Below, in pieces: positions 10,396 through 18,453 of a stretch of 18,453 bases of DNA. The DNA is from Trichoplax adhaerens (lineage: Eukaryota; Animalia; Placozoa), in assembly GCF_000150275.1 (NCBI RefSeq), contig NW_002060984.1, forward strand, positions 1 through 18,453, in the 5' to 3' direction. The notes beneath the pieces were generated by a model, which saw only the letters and a list, made by a program, of their open reading frames with translations, had not been told where the DNA came from and ran no database searches. The translations under genes and the position numbers were made by a program. Positions within the stretch are counted from its first letter, which is position 1; each line of letters begins with the position of its first letter.

Positions 10396-11720
10396 CTTAG
10401 ATGTGATACAGCCTTGATAGTATTGGCATATACAATTCTATCCGGATGAACTCCCGCATCGAGTATTAATTGCATTTCAGCCTATGCAGAATAGAAATTA
10501 AGAATATGTCCACATAAGGTGTTATAATTTCATCATGTACCATAATCAATAGAAGAAGTTGGTCCTGAAAATGTACTTGTAATTCTATAGCAGAACTATT
10601 AGCGCAATAGATTGTGTTATAAATTTGCTAGTTAAAACCGTAAGTACGCGTATAATAAACATATTCGTCAACTTGATCATAGATTAACTATTAGCCGACT
10701 GTTATGCAGTTTATGAACCTACCATGCTTGCACAGTCAAAATTAACTCCCAAGTTGATTAAGATACGTAGTAAGACTGGATCGTTATTGCATTTGACAGC
10801 TGGAAAAGGATCCAATTGGAGATAGGTAAAGATAAGATTAGCACGCTCGTTAGTGACAATAAGTTTATTCACTTGATTTACATTACTGGTAGAATCAATT
10901 GTCGCTCTATTTGTATCTTTAAACATGCTTCGTCAAGTCTACCTACCATAGAAGGGTTCAACATTAGGCAATCGCATTTTCCACTGATTATTATTTTAAC
11001 CATTGCCGAGGAAATAATGAGTACAATATTATCAAATTTTAATAAGAAAAATCACTACTTTGACTATCTATTTATATACTATCTCTTACTTGAATGTTAC
11101 TGCTAATTAATTTTATCGTATCTAGGCAAATATTGACCCAAAATATTCTTACCTCACGATATCGTTCTATTATATTGCCGATGTTAACTAACATGAATGA
11201 ATCGTCCTTAAACTAATAAAAGCATTTTCATTAAAGGGTGGAGTAAATATAAATATCATGAGCACAAGTAGATGCAAAATAAAAGTAGGAATTATATAAG
11301 ACGCGAAAATGTTGTTCTTCTTTTGATAACAGGAGTAATGATGATTGTAGAGAAATATAATTCAAAAACATTTTTAAACCTAGATGCGAAAATGTTGTTC
11401 TTCTCTTGACAAGAGTAATGATGATCGTAAGAAAAAAATTGAAATATCTCTAATAATAATAACAATTTTGAATGGATGAAGGATGTCTGCAAAACGCAGC
11501 GATTAATTTATAGCAACAATTCACTTTTATGATAGTACAGTACTGTACTCTTCATTTGGAATATGAAATGATTTTCCGTACGAGTTAATTGAAGATGAAA
11601 TGCAGTTCATTAATATTATCAGGTCAATTATGATAAGTTTACCTGTTGGTCCATCGCTGTCGTTTTCTTTTCAATGAGTTCCTGTAGGGATAGATTAGGT
11701 ACGATTTCCACACGTTCCAT
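10396..11720 (-). CDS. ODC1: Ornithine decarboxylase-like gene copy A, first five coding exons (3'-partial)
   Basis: Minus-strand exons: 11720-11643 (MERVEIVPNLSLQELIEKKTTAMDQQ), 11206-11153 (DDSFMLVNIGNIIERYRE; alternative acceptor at 11212), 10983-10947 (WKMRLPNVEPFY), 10799-10723 (AVKCNNDPVLLRILINLGVNFDCASM), 10481-10396 (AEMQLILDAGVHPDRIVYANTIKAVSHL). All GT-AG and phase-consistent. Contains the PFYAVKCN PLP-lysine motif and FDCAS. The symbol means family membership, not proven orthology. Confidence 0.9.
11299..11452. repeat. Diverged ~83-bp tandem duplication in ODC-A intron 1
   Basis: AGA(C/T)GCGAAAATGTTGTTCTTCT.TTGA...GAGTAATGATGAT.GTA occurs at ~11299 and again at ~11382. Confidence 0.8.
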
Positions 11721-11939
11721 CCTGATGGCGTTATTGAATTGAATAGATGAGCTACACGTGTCAAAGTCTACGAAAAGATGGATTGATAGTGTGTCAATTG
11801 AAGAGAAATAAATATTCACGACCTTCATGGACTGTATGCTATTCACGACTATTCTTCTCCTTCAATTCATTAAGATCAAGGTTACAATCTTTAGTAGAAT
11901 TATGATTAAGTCAGCGTAGGATTACTATACTGTACAAGT

Positions 11940-12590
11940 CATGCCTACAATTTTGAAGTTAATGTTGAGACTGGACGACGTTTGAAAGTGAATCCGTCAG
12001 CCACTAAGGCCACTTGCAAAGAGTGGAAAATGGACGATAATACTGTTGAATTCTTTGCAACTATACGACTCGTCACTGCCGTTAATTGTAATTCTTGATG
12101 GCCTGGAAATCGATCAATCTCGTCTGCTATTGGAATTTTTGCTATACTGTTCAAGCGCCGCCTGTACAGACTTTCAAGCCAACCACCAACAGAATAAATG
12201 ATTCTACTTCAATTGGAGAATGATGACTAGCTTGCAACGATGAGCTCAACGCCAAGGTAAACTGCCGGTATTGGATATTACGGCCAAAACCCGGTATTGG
12301 GCCAATACGCGTATATAGCCTGCCTATCGCCAACGACTACAGTGCCAACTGTTCCCACACCAACAATGAAATTCAGTACCAATGTACTGTACACTGTAGC
12401 CCCATTTGGCTTGGACGCTACTGTCGATTGGATACAAAGACTGACATAGATTTGCAGCTTCTTCTACCGCACTGATGCAATACACAGTACAAAGTACTGT
12501 CGTCATGCAATAGTGGAACAGTAATCTCAACGCCCTCAGGTGGGCATGTGGCTCAATAATCATCATCCAGCGATTCAAGATGTCCACTAC
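11940..12590 (-). pseudogene. GC-richer degenerate coding-like stretch with a WSC-domain-like Cys motif
   Basis: Sampled lines are about 40-53% GC against AT-rich flanks. The minus ORF 12324-12587 contains MTTVLCTVYC...AKWGYSVQYIGTEFHCWCGNS, resembling WSC (MTxxxCxxxC...GYxYAGxEyxxECWCGN). Stops and frameshifts follow. The domain call is uncertain. Confidence 0.35.
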
Positions 12591-12600
12591 TTAGATCATA

Positions 12601-13619
12601 ATTAGTGGATTGATTCATTCATACTGCAGTCTATTTGTACAATCAACGGCTTCGATGATCATCTATCCCAGTAGTACGTAAGAAGAAGAAAAGAGTTTGA
12701 GTAGAAGAGAAATTATATCCTAATTAGTGGATTGATTGATTCATACTGCAGTCTATGTGTATAATCAACGGCTTCGATGATCATCTATCCCAGTAGTATG
12801 TAAGAAGAAAAGAATTTGAGTAGAAGAGAAATTATATCCTAATTAGTGGATTGATTCATTCATGCTGCAGTCTATAGGATTCATTCATACTGCAGTCTAT
12901 GTGTACAATCAACGGCTTCGATGATCATCTATCCTAGTAGTATGTAAGAAGAAGAAAAGAGTTTGAGTAGAAGAGAAATTATATCCTAACTAGTGGATTG
13001 ATTCATTCATCCTGCAGTTTATGTATATAATCAACGGATTCGATGATCATCTATCCCAGTAGTACGTAAGAAGAAGAAAAGAGTTTGAGTAGAAGAGAAA
13101 TTATATCCTAATTATTGGATTGATTGATTCATACTGCAGTCTATACGATTGATTCATACTGCAGTCTATGTGTATAATCAACGGCTTCGATGATCATCTA
13201 TCCCAGTAGTATGTAAGAAGAAAGAGTTTGAGTAGAAGAGAAATTATATCCTAATTAGTGGATTGATTCATTCATGCTGCAGTCTATAGGATTCATTCAT
13301 ACTGCAGTCTATGTGTACAATCAACGGCTTCGATGATCATCTATCCCAGTAGTATGTAAGAAGAAGAAAAGAGTTTGAGTAGAAGAGAAATTATATCCTA
13401 ACTAGTGGATTGATTCATTCATCCTGCAGTTTATGTATATAATCAACGGATTCGATGATCATCTATCCCAGTAGTACGTAAGAAGAAGAAAAGAGTTTGA
13501 GTAGAAGAGAAATTATATCCTAATTATTGGATTGATTGATTCATACTGCAGTCTATACGATTGATTCATACTGCAATCTATGTGTACAATCAACGGCTTC
13601 GATGATCATCTATCGCAGT
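12601..13619. repeat. Tandem repeat array of about 7.7 units of 119-147 bp, with a 412-bp higher-order repeat
   Basis: Units start at 12601, 12723, 12842, 12989, 13111, 13254, 13401 and 13523 (partial). Core sequence: ATTAGTGGATTGATTCATTCATACTGCAGTCTATGTGTACAATCAACGGCTTCGATGATCATCTATCCCAGTAGTAYGTAAGAAGAAGAAAAGAGTTTGAGTAGAAGAGAAATTATATCCTA. Confidence 0.97.
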
Positions 13620-13921
13620 CAGTAATCACAAAGATGATCTACAAAATACAATTAACAATCAATCCATATTGTATTGCTGCTTTATCCAATTTCGGACAGT
13701 AGTCATTCCAGGAATATCATTATAAAAAATGTGAGATACCATAAATATTCCATATTTATTGGTGTGTTATCTGGGCTTATATCATTGACAGTATTATCAA
13801 CAGCGATGAGTAAAAAATAGTGTAGTTACTGAATCTATTGCTAATTAACTAAAAAGGGACGCAAACTCAGCCATAAAGGCAAAATAAGAGTATTAACTAA
13901 AGCAATTCGTTATCTTATAAT

Positions 13922-14714
13922 TTAATTAGTGGTCAAGTTAAAAGGTAGATTAACCTTTCCTTGAATTTCGTTCCTAGAAATGAAATTTTAAACCTTATTA
14001 ATTCAAGGTGTTTATTAATGCAGGTGTTTGTCATTGGAGAGATGAGTAGTAGTAGCATCATGCTAATGGACCTTACCATAAATGCTCTTGAATGTAATAG
14101 TAACATTTTGGCTTCTTGAATGAATTAAATTTGGATACCAGGCTTAATGAATAAGCTCCAGTTTCTGTAAATCCAATAAGGTCAAGTACATATAGGCATA
14201 ATATGAGAGAATAATGGCAATTAGTCACTAATAATCACCAAAACCTTTGTAGGACATGACATAAAAGCATTCTTGATAAACCTTCAGTACGGGTATAGAT
14301 TGTAGATATTGTTTGATAGTACAGGACTTTTAACAGTTATTTACCTTCGAAGTATACCCAGTCACCAGCGTTAAGCTGAATTTATAATTTCAAATGGCGA
14401 TAGATAACGAATATATAGGTATTAGAAGATATCGTTTACGACGCGTTAGTCACAATCTGTTCCTTTTGAAGCTAGGTCATAAGTATAATTTTATTGTATA
14501 TACGAGTCTGTTATGCTACTAAAAACTTCAGTACCTTTGGTAGTAAACATTCTTTCATTAAACAATCTAAGGAATCACATGTCTGACCAAATAAAACCGC
14601 AGTTTCTTCGCCATGAGTATTACTTTTGACCGGTTTTAAAGTAATTAGGGCATGATCAATTGGGAGAATATTAAGGCACCCATAAACGCTATCGTTAACG
14701 TAGTATAACACTTT
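13922..14714 (-). CDS. ODC1: Ornithine decarboxylase-like gene copy B, last four exons (5'-partial)
   Basis: Exons 14714-14535 (KVLYYVNDSVYGCLNILPIDHA...FGQTCDSLD...LPK), 14375-14345 (LNAGDWVYFE), 14164-14077 (ETGAYSLSLVSKFNSFKKPKCYYYIQEHLW), 13973-13922 (NEIQGKVNLPFNLTTN*). All GT-AG and in frame. These correspond to ODC YYVNDGVYG, GPTCD, GDW, GAY and FNGF. Candidate AATAAA on minus at 13755-13760. Confidence 0.9.
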
Positions 14715-15158
14715 CTAAAAGTAGTTATTTAAAAAAAAGTGTTAAATAGAACCATCGATTTTAATAAATTGCGCTAATATTATAGAAAATAGAAATGTTG
14801 CAAAATCAAGCTTATGCATGGAAAGAAGAAAATTCAAAGTAAAATTATTAATCTTTTAAATAAGTTTTCTAGTAATCCAGTTGCCTATTTATTATAGTTT
14901 GGCTATTGAAAAATACTAAAGTAAACACTTTTAATCTGGATTAGTCTACAAAATGAACACAATAAACAACTAGCCGAAATTTATGGTAATAATCAAAAAG
15001 ATATCGAAGATGTTAAAAAGCGCCACTCTGCTATTGTCAAGATCAGTTATGAGTTCTTATAATTTATTTATTACAAAGGAAGACATGCAAGAAGTGTAAT
15101 ATTAGACACTATTACAGTTTTGGATGGTTAATTAATCTGACTATTCTCTAACAGCAGT

Positions 15159-15379
15159 NNNNNNNNNNNNNNNNNNNNNNNNNNNNNNNNNNNNNNNNNN
15201 NNNNNNNNNNNNNNNNNNNNNNNNNNNNNNNNNNNNNNNNNNNNNNNNNNNNNNNNNNNNNNNNNNNNNNNNNNNNNNNNNNNNNNNNNNNNNNNNNNNN
15301 NNNNNNNNNNNNNNNNNNNNNNNNNNNNNNNNNNNNNNNNNNNNNNNNNNNNNNNNNNNNNNNNNNNNNNNNNNNNNNN
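15159..15379. other. Assembly gap (221 N)
   Basis: Run of N. Confidence 1.
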
Positions 15380-15633
15380 AATCTCAAGTCATATGCTACA
15401 ACAAAAAACTACTATTCTTCAAGACGAACTGACTATCGAAACCTACACTGCTCCACTCAAATTAGACACATCACTAGCATCTTTATCTAATTCGCCTAGG
15501 CAGTAGTCATCTATTATTTTAGGTCACTTCGTAGAAGCTTAATAGGTAATTTTTGACAATATTTCAAGATGTAAGCAAGGCCTTTGATTGTAATGTTACT
15601 ATAAATTTAATCTATTCTAAGCCAATAATTTAC

Positions 15634-15689
15634 CATGTCCATCATCGATCTGAGTTGATACTGCACTCTTAAAGCTTCTAACATGAAAA
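15634..15689 (-). pseudogene. Possible decayed ODC exon (FHVGS...FDM exon)
   Basis: Minus strand reads tttgtac|T TTT CAT GTT AGA AGC TTT AAG AGT GCA GTA TCA ACT c AGA TCG ATG ATG GAC ATG|gtaaat, i.e. FHVRS-FKSAVST-(frameshift)-RSMMDM, versus ODC [27 protein letters not shown]. The reading requires AG->AC at the acceptor, a deletion and a frameshift. Confidence 0.3.
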
Positions 15690-17110
15690 GTACAAATACA
15701 CGAATTATGGATATTGCGTCGACTTTGTGGTCAGTAAATATCAAGGAGGCAACTTTCCCATTATGTCTTAATTTATTTCCAAGTTGTTCATACCACCATA
15801 GTAAAGTTGACATTATACAGCTGTCTACAGTTTTATGCCTTGATTTGAACTATCTATACGAATTTTATGATCCGATAATCATCCATCTGCTTAGTCTCGG
15901 CCGTAATGGCCTATAATCATTTCAACTATCACTGTATAAATAATTATAATTAATCGAATTATCCGAAGCCTTTCTTTGCTAAATCGTGTAATTATTGACT
16001 ATTTTTTAATTAATTTTTGATTAGGCAATCATATTTCTAAATGTTTCTTGATCTAATCTTCTATTAGACGATAAAGATGGTAAAAATTTTTCATTAATTT
16101 TGAAATTTTACTCCATTTTAAAGTGCTAATTCTATAAAACTATCAACTTAGATTAATATTAAGAATCTTAATGGTATTGTTCGAAGCCCATGAAGCTATT
16201 ATTATAAGCTTCTCATGGCCGTAAATAAAGAAGTAAATAAAAGTATCAACGTATTACTACAATCGCATATAACATGTTGATTTAGTTTAACTATGAGAAA
16301 AGAATAGAAATCATAAGCTAAGTATATTATTGGCAGCGTAACTATTATATAAATTATCAGTTATATTATTGCTTGTGGAGAGTACATGCATTATTTTATG
16401 AGATAGTTTGAAGAGATACTACTAGTTTCTGGCAATAGGAAATAAGAAAAATATATCATAAAAGGTTTTGTATAGAATGCGACGATTACACCTCTAGGTG
16501 TTTAACGTATTAATGAATCTGTAATTGCGCCCGTTAATACATTATAACTTCTATATCTGTGACGATGATAGTATATCTTAAAAATTTATCAGATTTACAA
16601 AAGATACGATATCCATAGGCTAAAATCACAGAAAATTGATAATGATTTGAATGTTTTCTAAATTATCTGCGGAAGTAAACTACAATTAAAAATTCATCGT
16701 ACTTATAAGAACATTTACCGCTAGTGCAAGTTAGAAAAATTTTATTGTAATCACCCTCAACTTTATATTAACAGAAAGGGACATATGAGCTACAATATTA
16801 TCTAATTTCTGATAGTAATTGCACTCCGATCATAATTATCAATGAATTCCGAAGCTATTTTGTATTTGTATCGTATTAGATCAAGTATGCATAGTAGAAT
16901 ACAAAAAGGAATGGATAGTCATACCATGCTATGCCCACAGGCGAGAGTATCACTAGCACTAAACATACAGTACATTTTAATGATTGGTAATTAAAGTAAT
17001 TTATTCATTTCAATTTCTTCACAATTAGATATTACGCTATTCTTGCTTATATATAGTATTGTGAATTAAGACAATGAATTAGACACCTTAATTACATGTT
17101 TTCTAATGAA

Positions 17111-18241
17111 TTAGCTCATGTTATAAAAATTAAAAGGTAGATCAATCTTCCCTTGAATTTCATTCCTAGAAAATAAAATGTATATTTCATTAGTAGTAAT
17201 TGACGTTTAGTCATTGCTTACTGTCTGGTAACCGAAAAATTATAATTTTTACCAAAATTCTTCTTGAATATAATAGAAGCATTTTGGTTTCTTGAATGAA
17301 TTAAATTCGGTGGCCAGAACTAGTGAATAAGCTCCAACTTCTGTGATTTCAATTGGGTAGTATGTATAGGTAGATGAGAGGAGAAAACAAAATAAAATGA
17401 AAATTAACATAGACTAGTAGCCATACTGTACAGTATGCAAAGTAGACTCGACAAATCTCATGCCCATGTTGTATAGCACATAATGTTTAATTGAATAAGG
17501 TTTAACTGAATTTTTTACCTTCGAAATATATCCAGTCACCAGCATTAAGCTAAATTTAGAATTTAAAATTAAAAATAAAAATCAATAATATTAAATTGGT
17601 CCGAATACTCTTGTAATATTCTCTTTCAAGCTTGATCTAGAAGCATTATTTTATGTGGAATATAAATCTATTTTTATCATCAAAGATTTAAGCACCTTTG
17701 GTAAGGAACATTCATTTAACAGAAGATCTAAAGAATCACACGTTTGACCAAATAAAACTGCATTCGTTGTACCGTTCGTATTCTTCTTGACCGGCTTTAA
17801 AATAATCAGGGTAGGATCAAGAGTTATAAAGCCAATACTGCCATATACACTCTCATTAACGTAATACAACACTTTCTGAAGATACAAAAAGACACTTAAT
17901 GTCGCAATTGTTACAAAATAAGTATAAAATGATCATCTGAACATGGATAAAATGTTAATTTTAGCAATCATAAATTTCCTTTGACGTAAAGATTACCTCG
18001 ATATCGCTTGTATTTTCATACAGATGAGCATTTTCTATTTCGAGCAAGTTTAGAAATTATATTTGATTTAATTGTATGATAATTAGTATATCAAATAGCA
18101 CAAGTATCCATTTCATTTATTGTTGGAAGCTGTAGTTCATACCATGCTCGAAGTCAAATGGATCATTGTTTCCCTTTCGAACAACTCTTTTGCCAATTAT
18201 ATTCAGAACTATAGTATATGCTCTGGTGGGAAAGAAACGTC
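17111..18241 (-). CDS. ODC1: Ornithine decarboxylase-like gene copy C, last six exons (5' part beyond the window)
   Basis: Exons 18241-18143 (GRFFPTRAYTIVLNIIGKRVVRKGNNDPFDFEH), 18034-17997 (ENAHLYENTSDIE), 17875-17696 (KVLYYVNESVYGSIGFITLDPT...FGQTCDSLD...LPK), 17549-17519 (LNAGDWIYFE), 17340-17253 (EVGAYSLVLATEFNSFKKPKCFYYIQEEFW), 17165-17111 (NEIQGKIDLPFNFYNMS*). All GT-AG. Exon sizes 180/31/88 are the same as in copy B. Candidate AATAAA on minus at 17000-17005. Confidence 0.92.
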
Positions 18242-18453
18242 CTAAAAAACATACATATAAGAACATCATGTACAGTATTAGAAGTTATATAGATAAAACT
18301 ATTATAAAACAAACAGTAATCATAGTCGCTTTATCTGGAGCTACCAAAAGCTACCGTGCGTCACTAGAATACTATCATTTAGTAATTATAACTAATTTAC
18401 TACGACTATGTTTATCTAGATATGTCATCGTTAATTGATACATCTATCAATCG

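Noticed and set aside
12220-12226. Tandem TGA codons as selenocysteine or recoding
   Set aside because: No SECIS was recognised, the surrounding region is degenerate, and the frame is not shown to be coding.
12645-12670. Minimal hammerhead ribozyme in the repeat unit (minus strand TAGATGA-TCATC-GAAG)
   Set aside because: The core deviates from CUGAUGA...GAAA at essential positions, and no convincing stems I and III were found by eye.
12601-13619. CRISPR array
   Set aside because: Whole units repeat with no unique spacers, there are no cas genes, and the context is eukaryotic.
15148-15387. 79-aa minus ORF
   Set aside because: Almost entirely N gap.
10816-18438. Short ORFs 10816-11106, 11292-11492, 15683-15916 and 18166-18438
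   Set aside because: Intronic, intergenic or antisense to ODC exons, with no family motifs.

Overview
AT-rich, intron-containing eukaryotic DNA, most likely from an invertebrate draft assembly (species cannot be determined from the sequence), with three N-gaps (1333-1382, 9879-10264, 15159-15379). The left half carries two same-strand pieces of animal-type I fatty acid synthase (FASN-like) genes: a 3' end (end of KR, ACP, TE; 1-1254) and a 5' half in 7 exons (KS-MAT-DH; 3801-9878, cut by a gap). The right half carries a convergent minus-strand tandem array of ornithine-decarboxylase-like (fold-type III PLP) genes, reconstructed exon by exon: copy A 5' exons (10396-11720), copy B 3' exons (13922-14714), copy C 3' exons (17111-18241), and a possible decayed exon at 15634-15689. 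The ODC-like copies keep the catalytic Lys, Cys and Asp but differ sharply from each other and from canonical ODC in the substrate-specificity helix. The FAS pieces carry substitutions at normally conserved positions (TE Asp->Glu, KS GGxN->GGAI, DH Gly->Asn). Between ODC-B and ODC-A lie a GC-richer, WSC-like degenerate stretch and a ~120-147 bp tandem array with a 412-bp higher-order unit. A MITE-like element and many TACAGTA/TACTGTA heptamers are also present. The most interesting hypothesis, which is unproven, is an animal FAS plus divergent-decarboxylase cluster.
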